Assembly (NCBI GenBank): GCA_963693365.1
Contig: CAVNZM010000013.1
Coordinates: 6,314,640 to 6,378,639 of the forward strand
Source of the DNA: Amoebidium appalachense
Taxonomy: Eukaryota > Protista > Ichthyosporea
Direction: 5' to 3'
DNA: 64,000 nt
This document shows positions 28,124 through 41,600 of the stretch, one piece after another. The notes under the pieces are model-generated. The model saw only the letters and a program-made list of their open reading frames with translations, did no database searches and was not told the DNA's origin. Position 1 is the stretch's first letter. The number at the start of each line of letters is the position of its first letter. The translations under genes and the position numbers were made by a program.

Positions 28124-29043
28124 TGTGTGTGTGTGGTGTGTTTGTGCTAATGGTTGTGGGAGGAGTGGCAGGAGGTGGAAGTTGTTTTGTGGGTGAGGCA
28201 AGAGGGGGGATGGGGTCAGGCCTAGGGGAAAGGGGGAGAAAAGGGCGGGGGAGGGGGTGGGTAGGTGTTAATGTGTTACGGTTCAGCACATACCGCTCCC
28301 GTGATCTTAGATTCATGTTGAAAAATGAGCACTATAAATGCATGGCCAAACAGAAAAACGATTTCCTACGGGACGGGAAGGCAGCAGTTCAGGGCCCGGG
28401 GCGAAGGCGGCCGGGGGGAGGGGGAGGGAGGGGGGGGGGGGGGGGGGGGGGGTTGTATCGACACCAACCTGAAACGAAGGGCAGGGACAGGAACACAGTC
28501 GTGCCACGTATTCCCTTCTTTGTATTTTGCAACAAATCCTCTTTTGCCCGCCTCTGAGCATGCGTTTTCAGCGTTGACATGTAATTCTGCATGGAGGACA
28601 GGTTTTCCCGCGATTGTGAACCAATCAAAGTCTGTACATGTGCGAGATGATGCACAGTTGCTTGATACGGCAAAATCAACATGCTGACCTAGGTTAGGCA
28701 CCTGTGAAAGAAGTGGAGAAGATGAGATAAAATCGAGAGTTAAGATGTGACCAGCTACTGATATATGGGGTCATAGTATTGAGCAGTATCAATGGGGGGG
28801 GGGGGGGGGTTTGGAAGAGGGGGAGGGGGGGGGGGGGGGGAGAGAGGGGGTTGCATTAAGTGCTAGACACATCATGTACACTCCGGGGTGCACACATGTG
28901 TATATATGCAAGTGATTCGATTTGATGTAGCATGCCGCATACGCAGCCCATACTGTGCAAAAAAAAAAAAAATTCCGGGGGGGAATTTGTTTTTTTCGTC
29001 CTTTGGGGATAGGGAAAGGGTGCGAGTGCGGGAACGGGGAGGA

Positions 29044-29074
<31 letters not shown>

Positions 29075-29434
29075 CCGGGGGGGGGGGGGGGGGGGGGATA
29101 GGGGGGGGGGGGAAGGTGGGTTGCGTAATTTTCAACGGCTGAGGGCCTTTACGAAACCAGTACATACCCATGCTGTTGTGTCGCTATGCATGCCCATGCT
29201 CATGCCCTTATGGTGTGCACGTGATGCCATGCGGGAAATGGTAGCATCCCATTGGTCCTTGCTGGCGGTAATGTCCGGCAGTCTGAGAACAACTCCCGCG
29301 CACCCCATAGCCGAGGCCAAATGAACACGGCTCTGTGCGGGAAGAATTGTGAGTCAGTGAGTCAAACAGGGCCAACCTTTTGCACATTCACTGTGTGCGT
29401 TTGTGTATCCCGACGGTCTCTACCGTTTACCTAT

Positions 29435-29492
<58 letters not shown>

Positions 29493-30448
29493 ACACACAC
29501 ACACGAAAAAAAAAAAAAAAAAAAAAAGCTGGTGTTTCTAGGACTTTCATAACCACGAAAAGGCAAGCCCCCTTGACATGTGCACATGTTCATTTAGCTT
29601 GCATTACGACAAATTCGTCTCTCGGTATATCCTCCGCCCCTTCCTGCCCCCTCTCCCCCTTACAAACACACACACATACACACACGCACACACACACACA
29701 CGCACACACAGGCACACACATCGTCTACCGTTGCACACGTGGATGTACATACAAAGGATTATTGGTGAACATACGAGCGTTCTGGATCACCTGAGCCGTG
29801 ACTAACAAACCGCACCGCATGCATTCTGTCAGGAGGTTGTGCGGTGTGTTGTGTACGTGTGTGGGTGTGTGCGTGCGTGCGTGCGTGCGTGCGTGCGTGT
29901 GTTCATGCGTGTGTTCATGCGTATGTGTGTGTGCGTGTGCGTGCGTGTGAGTGTGTGTGTGTGTGACACTGTGTGTGTTTGTGTGCACACGCGCGCGCAT
30001 GTGTGCACGCATGTCCACAGGAGAAAGGGGGAGGGGTGGAGTATGGTGGATTTGGGGGAAGGGGGGGAGGGGAAGAGGAGGGGGGGGAGGGGGGGGGGGG
30101 GGGGGGGGGGGGGATTTCACAACAACATCGTGCGTGCCCAATATATGATACAAATCATTAGCGTACCTCCATGTGCATAGGGTCGTTCTCTCCATTCTTG
30201 GGCGAAAAAGCACACACCGTGTCGATTCCTTGTGCCCAGTTTTGCTCAAAAGCAGACGGGCTGGCGCTTTCCAATTCTACAACAGAGATAGTAGCTACGC
30301 CATTTTCCGCTGACCGCTTTGCTCTAAGGATTGAAGAACCTGTGACCCCATGAAGGTGAAACACGTGGCCGTATGGGAATTCGAATTGAGGTAGTGCTTG
30401 CTGGGCAGCTGCAACGGCAGCCATAGATAAAACTAGGCTGTTTTGCAT
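25333..30448 (-). CDS. Secreted 690-aa protein: degenerate GH114-like domain fused to a DUF4832-type putative glycoside hydrolase
   Basis: Exons 30448-30167, 29332-29168, 28701-28469, 28007-27536, 26849-26506, 25909-25333 total 2073 nt with all phases consistent. Signal peptide MQNSLVLSMAAVAAA. N-domain motifs LASAMGCAGV, RAHHKGMSMG, VDFAVSSNC, GKPVLHAE. C-domain motifs VNPMKGLVLF, YDWSKVE, GHQAVLRF, AFLQVGFGHWSEYH, PMGGEIAY, MGYKY, VRNDGTAPAYYD. Family calls are by motif recognition. Confidence 0.8.
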
Positions 30449-31268
30449 TTTCACGAGGGTTATTACTACTAAATCTATATGAATTTGACTTTATGATGAG
30501 GAATTGGGTGAGTTGAAACGAGAGGGTTCAGGTGAAACAGTGAATGTGCATCATTGAAGGTAGAATGGCGCCGACGTTGGTTTTTATATCTGGGCTGTGG
30601 TTCGCTGTGGTTCTGTGGTTCGTGGTTTCATGGTTTCGTTTCTGTTGTGGAGTTTTGTACCACCGCAGACTGATCTGGGAGTGGCCAACAGATTTTGTTT
30701 GGAATTCTCTAAGCCAATACGGTCGATTCCACGAAATTCTAAACGTTTCATTGGATATATGTCATTTGTAAATTGTTTCGTACTGTTCCTGCATTCAAAA
30801 ATGTGAAGCCACCAAAACCTAATACAGAAATACTTGGTTGATTGTTTCTACCAAGTCCAGCCCGAAATATTACAAGAAGGGCTCAAAATGAAGCTCTTGA
30901 ATCTTAAATCGTTAGCATAAATGACGAAAGTTATTTATCCAAGAGAATTCAACGTTACGCAACACAACAGCGAAAGGCGTTTCACATGGTCACAACCAGA
31001 TTCCAGCGTGACCGCTTCTTTTCACACAGCCAATAGCATTGCTGGATCTCAGTGGGCTGGTACGCACTGAACCAACGAGAGTTCTTGGCAAGGTGCACCT
31101 GGTGATGTATCATCATAGTATGTAAACTTCCCTTCTGTGGTGGAAGCCATGATCACGATGTGTGATCTGAGGAGTGAGCACATGTCCTGGGTCACGCAGC
31201 ACGGTGTCACTGTTTCACCAGCACTGTGCTGTTTGTGTGAGATAATACCAAATAAGCTGTGCCGATTG

Positions 31269-31303
<35 letters not shown>

Positions 31304-31701
31304 TTCAAATTCACTCCTCCTCTTGGTATTACTCTTTCCCCCTAATGATCATCATTTGCAATCCGACGAGGCTACAAAAAAGAGATTGGAAGTCGCATAG
31401 CATACTGGGCATGCGTTTGTTTCCAGTTCCCGAATGAAACCCCTTCGGGTCCGTCACAGAAGCTCCACCGGCGACGCTGGGGTGTAAACCCTGGGTTAAG
31501 TGTGTACTTACTAGTGTGTACTTACTAGCCTACTATTAGTTAATACTTAGGTTAGGGAACGGTGTGTTAGTTCTCCCGCTCGTTCTCTTCTTATCAAATC
31601 TCCTGCGCCGGCCCAAACCCCCAAACCCGATACACACATAAGCATTCCCCTTCTAATACTCCCCATCTGGCACCTCCTGCTCCTAACCCCACTGACCCTC
31701 C

Positions 31702-31749
<48 letters not shown>

Positions 31750-32078
31750 CCCGCCCCACCCACCCACCCACCCACCACCACCGCCAAAAAAGAAATAAAA
31801 AATAATAATAATAAAATACACCATCACCACCCTCATCACTACCTTCTAACCACGGAATTCCAAGAAGAAAAATTGGCCAAGTTCTCTTGCAATCATATGT
31901 ATGCGTCCCCTTCCGTCATTCATTTCAACCACCCTCCTCAGATCGCCGGCAGCCCCCCTCCCCCCCCCCTCCCCCTCTTCCCCCCCCTCCCCCCCCCTCC
32001 CCCCCCTCCCCCTCTCTCCCCCCCCCCCCCCCCCCCCCCCCCGCCCCTGTCCCTCTCTCCCCCCGTCCTCCCCCCCCG

Positions 32079-32182
<104 letters not shown>

Positions 32183-33668
32183 GCAAAGGACAGCCTCTAG
32201 GCTAAAATTGCTTAACATGACAGGTCGATTCCAGCCGCCCATTTCAATGGCCCAACTGTTCCCGTACACGAAAGGTCTATGGCACGTACCACCGAATACC
32301 CCCCCCCCCCCCCCCCCCCCCCCTCCTCCCCCTAAAAGTGATATGGGCGTGTGGTCGGGCAAGACCCCCCCCCCCACCCCCCCCCCCTCCCCCCCCCCCG
32401 CCCCCCTTCCCCCGTCAAATATGTGTATTTGTGTGGGTGGAGACACTGCTTACCCAGACCACGTCTGGCGACATGGAGGGCCACTCAGGCTACTATCCCC
32501 AGGCTGGCCGTTTAAAGGAAGATTGCAAGCTGGGTGAGCAAGTGGAAGTCAAAAAGAGAGAGAGAAAGAAAAAGAAAAAAGAGAAACGCAAAGAAGCGGT
32601 TGGGTGGGTGGGTGGGTGGGTGGGGAGGGGGAGGGGATGGGGGTAGGTGGGGTGGGGTGGGTTCGGGGGGGCCGGGGGGGAGGGGGGAGGGGGGGGGGGG
32701 GGGTAAAAAGGGGAGGGAGGGGGGGGAGTATTGAGGTGTTTGAAGGGTGGGGTGGGGGGAGGGGGGGGGGGGGGGGGGGAGGGGGGGGAGAGGAGGGGAG
32801 GCCGGGGTGAGGGGGGAATTTTGTGGAAAGAATGCCGGGAGAGCAAGACTATTGGACAACATCTGTGGGTTTTAGAACGCAAGAAAACGGTATGGGTTGC
32901 CAATACAGCGGATTGCTAGATTTTTTTTTGCCTCACTTTCGTTTTGTGTATGTGTGTGTGTGTGTGTGCGTGTGCGTGTGTGTGTGTGTGTGTTAAGTGT
33001 GTGTGTGTGTGTGTGTGCGGGTGTGTGTGTGTGTGTGCCGGTGTGTGTATCAACAAGTTGTGTATACCATGTATTTGAGTTTGACAGGCAACCGTTCAAA
33101 TTTGGGTGCTTGTGAGTGGTTGGGTGGGTACGGTGTCTCCAGACACCTTGCTTTTTTTTCTTTTTGGCATGTGTGTATGTGTGTCTGTGTGTGCGCGCGC
33201 GGCGGCAAAGGGGGGTGGGGGGGGTGGAGGGAGGGTATAGGGGAGAAAAGGGGGAAGGGGGAGAGGGGGGGGGGAGGGGGATGAGGAAGGGGGAGAGGGG
33301 AAGGGACAACCCATGCATAATAATACAGCACCTTTTACTGTGAATCACATCACTGTATTGACGCTTCAGCAAGCACTGCACAGCAGGGCCGCTTAACTTC
33401 AGAAAAAATTATTAGAGCCCGACCAACCCCTAGAAAAAACACGCATATAATAATTAGCAAAAAACATTATGTTTTTCTACCATTGCACCCTAAAATGAGC
33501 TTTGCGCGCTAACCAACGGTATGTTGCTATGAGCAGCGCAGGTATTTTTTGAAGGATGGGGTGAAGGGGGTAAATGTACTTGTGCACAGAGAAAAAAGTA
33601 TACATGTAGCAGGATAGTCCGTGTCCAGGCCTCATGATTTAGTGGGGCAAAAAAAAAAAAAAAGTTAC

Positions 33669-35971
33669 CAGGGTTGGGGGTACATCGCGCCCGTGAATGT
33701 GGGACGAGCAAGAATGTACAGATCACTCACAACACCGCCAGAGGTAACCTTCATAGGCCCCATACACTTAAAGACACCCCCAGTTTGCTTCTGTACCCCA
33801 GGCACCTGCGTACTGCAGGCTGCATCCATACATGGTGTGTACACCATGTCCGAACCTGCCGTCCCGTTAAAGGTATCCAGCGACACAGACACACGTGGAG
33901 GCATGGTCGTTCCGGGCCACGCCATGCAATTCTGCGTAAATGGGTTGCCTCCTTTAGCAATAAGAGTGCAGGTGCCCGCTTTAAGTGTCGTTGGCGCGCA
34001 CGTGTCGCCGGTGTGCATGCATGCCTCATAGTACCAACCGGCGGGGAGATCGTCCGAGCGAATAGGAACAAGCCGATGGAACGTTTGCGAATAGGAATTG
34101 TCCATTGAGTGGCGCCAAACGTCGCTCGACCAATCAGAATAGGTGTCAGGGAAGTTGCCGTTCATGCACCTGTTCTCAAGCATCCCCACGAGCCCGTATT
34201 GGTCCCCTCCCCAGTTGGTGCTTTCGGGGGTCCTGGGGTCGTCCTGCCACAATCTGTGGTTAAAGGGACGGGTGGCATGTCAGCAGCAGTTCCAAGTTAC
34301 CATATTCAGGCTCCGTAAACACGTAGCAATTCTTCACATAAGATCGTGTCTAACCGAGTCCCCAGAGCGAGGCTCCCCCCCCCCCCCCCCCCCTCCCCCT
34401 CCCCCCCTCTCCCCCTTCACTCTCCCTGCTCTCTCCCCTCCCCCTACCCTTCCCTGCCTGCTCGCCCCGTACCCCCCCCCCCCCCCCCTTCCCCCCTACT
34501 CCCCCCCATCCCCTTGGATCACCATCTCTCGCTCAAATTCCCAATCCCCCCCCCCCCCCCCCCCCTCCCCTCCCCCCCCCCCCCCCCCCCCTTTACCCCC
34601 TCGGGAAAACACTAGCCGTTTTGATTTTACATATCGACAAACCAGCAAATATCCCCAAATGATGTGAAGGTCGAGGACACATTACATACCCCATATGCGC
34701 TAGCCAATCATAACTGCTTGCATGTGACCAAATATGGACATATCATCGTACCTGTGAACAAGACCCCAATGGCGCCACGTCTCGCAATACATATCGACAA
34801 AGCACGTGGTCCCGCTGGGGGGGATACCCGGAACCGGGTCACCGTAGTAGGTGAACCGGAGCTTGTTGATTGCGTCGAGTTTCGAGGTGTCCGTATTTGG
34901 CTCCCCCCGGAATTTCAGCTGCCGCGGTTCACCGTACGTGTAAAGGTAGATGTTGCGGCCGCTACGGAGCTCATTCAATGCGTTTTGGGCCGAGGGGCTG
35001 AACGAGTTGAGTTCAAGGTCGTACATGAGGTGGAGGGCGGCGACAGAGGCAATGGCACCGCCACGCGAATGCCCCGTGATGAACACTTTTGTTGTTGGCG
35101 GGGAGGTTTGCAGCTCCTTGAGAAACGCTGTGTACAGGGGGGAGTGCTCGTACGTGCACTTGCTGAAAACAAGGTAGCTGGTGGTGCACGTCTTTTTTAT
35201 GCGCAGCTTGTTGAACCCACCGAGGAACCCGCTGTGTACCCTTGGGTGTATTTGTGTCCCGTTCTGACCAACACCCGAAACGAGCGGTGAAGATCCGATG
35301 TTCCCATTGGATAGCCAGTCCTTGGTATCATCAGTGCCCCTGAACGCAAGCACAAGGTTGCCGTCGGCAGAGCGTGCCAGGAGCCCGTAGTCTGACCCGG
35401 CCTCCAGAGCGGAAGAGTGAATGACTTTCCACCCCGTAGGCCACGACTTGTCACTGGATGGATTTGAGTTGTACACGGCAGTGGAGATGTAGGACATCTG
35501 CAGTGCCAGAGCACGGTCGAAGGTCACAGGCGCACACACTTTGCCCTTTTCCGGAACCATGCGTGCAGTGGGAATCACATCGTTGACGGAAGGGGCCACA
35601 GAACGTGACGCCTTTGACTGGGAGGGAGAAGCGAAGCGGCCCTGGCACCAGCGGTCATAGTTTGGGTTTTGCAGTTTCTGCGGGTCGTGGCGGCAGTTCA
35701 GCCAGTCTGCCTCGAAGTCGCTGTCTGGTTTAAAAGAGGACTCAAAACCGGACGTTGGTTTCCACCCGCGGTTGAGCCATGGGCGGCTTGTTGAGGGGCG
35801 GCCGGCGGCGGCGGGAGCGGCGGCGGCGGCGGCGGCTGGTGCATCGGCGGCAGAGGGCGTGTCGAAGGAAAAGTCTTGGGGAAGGGGTGAAAAGGTGCTT
35901 TGGGCCCCGGCTTGCTCATAAGCCAAAAGCAGAAGCACCGCCAGGCGGACAGGTCGAGAAACAAAATCCAT
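33669..35971 (-). CDS. Secreted class-3 (fungal-type) lipase with a Cys-rich C-terminal extension; last exon uncertain
   Basis: Exons 35971-34752 and 34253-33669 (phase 2 both sides). Signal peptide, LVLAFRGT, VHSGF, ITGHSRGG nucleophile elbow, YTYGEPR, GDPVPGIP (Asp), WRHSMDNSY (candidate His). One possible terminal micro-exon is 33375-33366 (..PCAC*). Confidence 0.85.
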
Positions 35972-37098
35972 ATTTTCTTAGCTGTGGGCTGGTGTCGTGG
36001 TGCCACGGCGATGTTTCAAAGACAAGACGGCCAAGCTGTACTAGCCGTTGTTGTTGTCGAAAATGCGAGAGAGGGCAGCTTTATATACGCGTTGGTGCGT
36101 CCCTCTGGTATGCAACGTTTTTGGTTTTTAGCCAATCATATATCTTTATCGAAAATCGATAATATCGAAAATTGTGCAATTTTTTGCGAGAATCGGCGAA
36201 TGAAAAGCGCGCTTTCCAATTCCGGGTGGCATGAGATGATTGGTTTAGCGCTGTAAGCCACGGTGGCCACCAATCAGATCATCCGGATTCCAGGGCGGGA
36301 TTTTTGAAGGTAGATTATTGACTTCTAAGGAAACAGGTTGTGCTTCTTCATTTTTGTTTTACATCGACATAAATGTTTCAGGCTGTCTCACACACTCTTA
36401 CTGATGTCGTCTATATTTCTGTGACAAAGCAGTTACAAAACTTCGTATAACGTCCAAGTCGGTCGACAATTTATCCGAATCAAGACTGCGATCGGGACTC
36501 TAGAGTTTTGATTGGTCAACGGCTCATCGAATCTAGATCGGATCATGACTACACAGGAGTACACACGCGTCTCGTAGGCGACGAACATCCATTCAACGTT
36601 CTTCATCTAGCATAAATGGTTTGTGTACTGCAACATTGCCCCTCTTGTTGCCCCAGCTGCATATCCCAGCGTGGTCGGAGGATCCTTTTCCAAAGGCGTC
36701 AAGTTCCTTTTATATCCCTGGCATACAGCAGAGCCGCGCGCATGCATAATACATATCGACATATAACCCCCCCCCCCCCCCCCCTTCGACATAATAAATC
36801 GACATATTAAATTTTCAAGAAGACTGGTGGTCATATGTGTGTAGCTATGACTTGCGTGGATATCCAGGAAGAATGCTTCCTAAAAGATAGCGTCCTCCTC
36901 AGTATGCTGCTGCTGCGATATGGGAACACTAAGATATCTTTGACCTGCATTCAAGTTCAAGTTACCTGCAAGCTAATTAGATGTTCCGAACCGGACCACA
37001 ACCTTCCCCGTTTCAAAAGAGTTCGTGCCCCAATATCAATCAAATTCATACTTCTATCTCCTATTCAGTATTGGTAGTACCAGAAGGCCAGTCACCCC

Positions 37099-37131
<33 letters not shown>

Positions 37132-37444
37132 AAGGGATTGATGGATGTGTCGATAGTTCTAGAACCAATCGAACTTCAATGATCCTGCTGATGATGTCGA
37201 TCAAGCCTGTACATAGCATATGATGGGGATCCGGAGGGGGGCGGGGACGATGTCATTATCCACACTAGCTCTTTAACAGTTCTAACTCAGTTCATCATTA
37301 TGGCCAACACAGTACCTCCCTTCCCCCCTCTCCCCCCCCCTTCCCCCCGGATCTCCCCCTCCCCTCCCCCTTCTCCTCACACACACACACACACACTCTC
37401 TCTCTCTCTCTCCCCCCCCCCCCCCCCTCCCTCCCTCCCTCCCT

Positions 37445-37527
<83 letters not shown>

Positions 37528-37862
37528 AAACACCCACCGTGACTTCTTATACACATACATGGGCTGTGTTTGATAACAGGGTGTAGGATGTGTTGGCGGA
37601 GGAGGGGAGGGGGAGGGAAGGGGGTGCGGGAGGGGGAAGGGGGGAGAGTGGAGGGGCGAGATGGCGATCAATACCGACATCGATATCACCGAAGAGGGAC
37701 ATCGGACAAAGGGGACAATTGGCCAGGCCTGCTGTCTCCCTCTCCGTCTCCCTTTCTCCCCCCCCCCCCCCCCCCCCCACCCCCCCCCCCCCCTCTCTCT
37801 CTCGTACACACCATTCCCCCCTCTCTCTCTCTTTCTCTCCCCCCCTCCCCCCCCCCTCTCTT

Positions 37863-38104
<242 letters not shown>

Positions 38105-38319
38105 CCCCCCCCCCCCCCCCCCCCTCCCCCTCCCCCCCCCCCCCCCCCCCCCCCCCCCTCGGTCTCTTCTTCTCTCTCCCCATCCGTCTCTCTCGTGCTT
38201 CATTTCTCAAAATTTTTTACTAAGGTCTTTGTCATTGTTATAATATTACTATTTACTATTCGGAGTGCAATATTATTCTTTTTTGTGGGGTGAGGGCCGG
38301 GGGGGGGAGAGGGGGGGAT

Positions 38320-38612
38320 GGTTAGAATGCGTAGAGTACGAAGTGCGCATTCATAACGGACAACACAATGCCGAGTGAGGCTTCGACTAATGAGTTATCT
38401 TTACATCTAAGGAGTAGCAAGGATGCATATGCTTATGGCCCATTCAAAAAGGTATGGGAAATGTGGGGTCCCTATTGGTGGTCGCTGAGAGCTTATGGCA
38501 GCTTAAAAGTTTGACACCAACCTAATTTAAGGCCCCCCGTTTTAAGGAAACAGGGGATTTGGCTCAGTGAGACTGTTGAATGGCGTGTTCTGAAAAGGGG
38601 AGAGGTGTGTGT

Positions 38613-38666
<54 letters not shown>

Positions 38667-38690
38667 GTGGTGGTGGTGAAGGCTGTGTGT

Positions 38691-38739
<49 letters not shown>

Positions 38740-38870
38740 GTTAAAGAGTGCTAATACACGACGGAGAACACAATGCAGATTCTGCAAGGACACCCAGCAT
38801 ATATGCATCACAATCATGAGCCACAAGCCCATCCTCAGGTGGGGAAGCCAAGTCATCCACAGTACCCGAG
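38320..38870 (-). mobile_element. Two degenerate minus-strand 3' fragments of the SINE-like family (38320-38375, 38742-38870)
   Basis: TTAGAATGCGTAGAGTACGAAGTG and AGCCCATCCTCAGG..AGTCATCCACAGTACCCGAGT, each preceded by a G-run. Confidence 0.6.
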
Positions 38871-38891
38871 TGTGGGTGTGTGTGTGTGTGA

Positions 38892-38934
<43 letters not shown>

Positions 38935-39306
38935 TGTGTAATTTTTTTCCTTTTTGGAGGGGGGGGGGGGAGGGGGAGGGGGAGGCGGAGGGGAAGGGGG
39001 GAGCATTCATTCAAGCATTACCAAAAACAAAAATCACGTTTGTGCAGGCATCAACGGAAAACCATGCCATCAAATTGGTGAGATGTGCAGTTTTTCGTGG
39101 CTTTTATCAGCTTTTATTGTCGTTTTAGAGGTGAGCCACCAGCCGAAGTGTTGGCACCAGGCCAACAGGACTTCCACATGATGTGGTATAGGGTGTGCCA
39201 GAGAGGAGGATACGTAATATTGGGAGGAGGGCGGGAGTGGAGGGGGGAGGGGGGGGGGGAGGGGGGGGGGGGGGGGGGGAGGGGGGGGCAAGCAATCTTG
39301 TGAAGT

Positions 39307-39338
<32 letters not shown>

Positions 39339-39360
39339 GGGGGGGGGGGGGGGGGGGAGA

Positions 39361-39547
39361 GGGGATGGTGGGGAAATTGATATTTGCGACTTTGTTTGTT
39401 GTTGTTGTGTGTGAGTGTGTGTGAGTGTGTGTGCATCTGTGGGGGGAGGGGGGGGAGGGGGGGGATGGTTGGGAAATAGATATTTGCGACTTTGTTTGTT
39501 GTTGTTGTGTGTGAGTGTGATTGTGTGTGAGTGTGTGTGCATCTGTG
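39361..39547. repeat. Local direct duplication, ~100-bp period
   Basis: GATATTTGCGACTTTGTTTGTTGTTGTTGTGTGTGAGTGTG..GCATCTGTGG occurs twice. Confidence 0.8.
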
Positions 39548-39574
39548 GTGGTGGTGGTGGGGGTGGTGGCGGCC

Positions 39575-39644
<70 letters not shown>

Positions 39645-39679
39645 GGGGCAGGGAAAGAGGGTAAAATGATTTACGAAAC

Positions 39680-40463
39680 CATGTGCAGTAATGTTTCAAC
39701 AAAGTCAAAAGTATCAAACAGGGTGAGCATGCGGGTCTGTTTGAGATTGAATTTTCCCCATGATTCCCCCCTTCCCCCTCCACTCCCCCCCTCTCCACAC
39801 ACGCACATACGCCATACGAAACCTTGCAGACACCCCTCCGAACCCATGGGAAAGCCGGGAAGATGTGAAGAGATGTGTGTATGTGTCATGTGCGTGTGGT
39901 GTGTGTGTGTGTGCGTGCACACATCTTTGGAAGAAGAGGTGGAAGAAACACCAGTCACCCAATAGGATACATGGTACTTCCTGCGGAAGCCAACATCTAT
40001 CTACAGGTCTACCCTGCTTCTATTTGGTAGGCCCGATGTAGACGCCCAATTGCGCCCCCCCCCCCCCCCCCCCCCCACCCTCTCCCCCATACACACACAC
40101 ACACCCGAATGAGGCAACAGCCACTACTCCCCCCCCCCCCCCCCTCCCCCTCCCCCGGAGGGCCTACAACGGCGTCAGTACCTCGTGGTTCTATAGAGCT
40201 CTGTACCTTCTTCCTGTATGGCAATATACAAACTTATGTCCCAACCCCCGTCCTTTGTACCAACACACTCCCTGTGCCCAAGGAGTCCAGGGAAGGAGGG
40301 AGAGTGATGGGGATTTGTGTGTGTGTATGTGTGTGTGTGTGCGTGTGTGTGTGGGGGGGAGGGGGGAGGAGGGAAGGAGGAATGGTAACAGAATTATAAC
40401 CAGAGTTGCTACTCAGGCACAGTGCACTCACCTAATAGTTTTGCCGCTCGTCACTTTTACCAT
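39680..40463 (-). CDS. Possible orphan multi-exon gene, 5' part
   Basis: 40463-40432, 40271-40182, 39980-39923 and 39736-39680 join in frame at GT/AG (MVKVTSGKTIRECVG..KYHVSYWVTG..TRMLTLFDTFDFVETLLHM), downstream of the CRE cluster. No recognisable domain and the 3' end was not found. Confidence 0.25.
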
Positions 40464-40551
40464 TTGGACTCATAGTTCCGAAAACTGACGATTATGTAGG
40501 TTCGTGTCGTGTTTGCCTTGGAGTAAGGTTCAGCCACCAAATCAGTGCAGC

Positions 40552-40586
40552 CAAGGCCTCCTAAATAGCACATTTAGGAGGCCTTG
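40552..40586. repeat. Palindromic mini-element, second family
   Basis: CAAGGCCTCCTAAAT-AGCAC-ATTTAGGAGGCCTTG; flanks gtgcagc/atgcaagc may be a decayed TSD. Confidence 0.6.
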
Positions 40587-40589
40587 ATG

Positions 40590-40665
40590 CAAGCCAACTC
40601 GATGATAACTGCGCCTACGTCATAAATATCGTGACGTCAAATGTGTGACGTCACGATGCGAAAAT
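40590..40665. promoter_or_regulatory. Cluster of CRE palindromes
   Basis: TACGTCA, TGACGTCA and GTGACGTCAC within ~45 bp. Confidence 0.4.
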
Positions 40666-40930
40666 GCCAACATGACAGTGAGTGCATGTGGGTGGGTGTT
40701 CCCCCTCCGGCCGTGGATGGCCCTTGGGTGTGCACAGCTGCACGTGCAGTTCAGCAAGTGTGATTCGGAGGCAAAAATGGATACACCCTGCGCCTTGCAG
40801 TCGGCACGAGCACCTCCCTGAATTCCGGGGTGGCAGTGGTGGTGTATGTATGCCATGTGTGTGTCTGTAGTGGAGGGGGAGGGAGGGAGGAAAGGGGGGG
40901 GGGGGGGAATGGGTTGATGTGGGAGGGAAA

Positions 40931-41434
40931 GTAGGGGTTAGCAAACCTGCACCAGTACCCGAAACAGCAACACAAAAACAAAAGCTGCAGGTGCAGAGTG
41001 AAGCGGATCGACCCCCAGCGTCAGGCACCACCACCCTCCCACCAACCGAAAAAGATGTGACGTAAAGTGCAGCAGAGATCCGTCGACCAACGGCCAGGCA
41101 CTACTGCACCCACGTAGACCCACACGAGTGCAGGTAGAAGGAAAGAGAAAAGGTACCACGACATGAGGGTTCGGGTGGCTACTAGGGCATGAAAAGAAAA
41201 TGCGGCGCGCCGAGACAACAGCCTCCCGGACAGCGTCCAGGCACTGTATGCTTGACACACCACAAAAAGTTTGGCACAACAAAGATTAGAACGACCTCGA
41301 CTAAAGCGTCAGGCGCTGCAAAGTTGCCCGAGAGACCCTGCCACAGGCAAGGCAGAAGGAAGAAGGAAAAGGAAGTAAAGGGCATGGGTGAGTGGAACAC
41401 AAACTTGGGTAGCGTGAAAGGTAGCTAACCCTAC
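40931..41434 (-). ncRNA. Putative intronic structured RNA, unit 1 (four-hairpin RNA)
   Basis: Starts at the donor AG|GTAGGG (41434). 5' GUAGGGUUAGC pairs with 3' GCUAACCCCUAC. Contains four (U/C)GCCUGR hairpin cassettes; G-U pairs form on the minus strand. Confidence 0.55.
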
Positions 41435-41600
41435 CTAAATTTATCAGACCTCGGCATACGACATGGAAGTTACAGCCGGGCCACATCCGGTGACAGACAG
41501 GCACGCCTCAGACTGTCCCCACAGCAAAACTACACATTCCACCGGAAGATGTCAATGACAGCCTGTGGCAGCTCGTTGGAGAGGGGCGAGGTGGAGGGAA

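Noticed and set aside
34664-35290. 208-aa plus-strand ORF
   Set aside because: Antisense shadow of the GC-rich lipase exon.
41424-41434. CTAACCCTA as a telomerase template or telomeric repeat
   Set aside because: It is a single copy per unit, forms one arm of a closing stem overlapping a splice donor, and is altered in unit 3.
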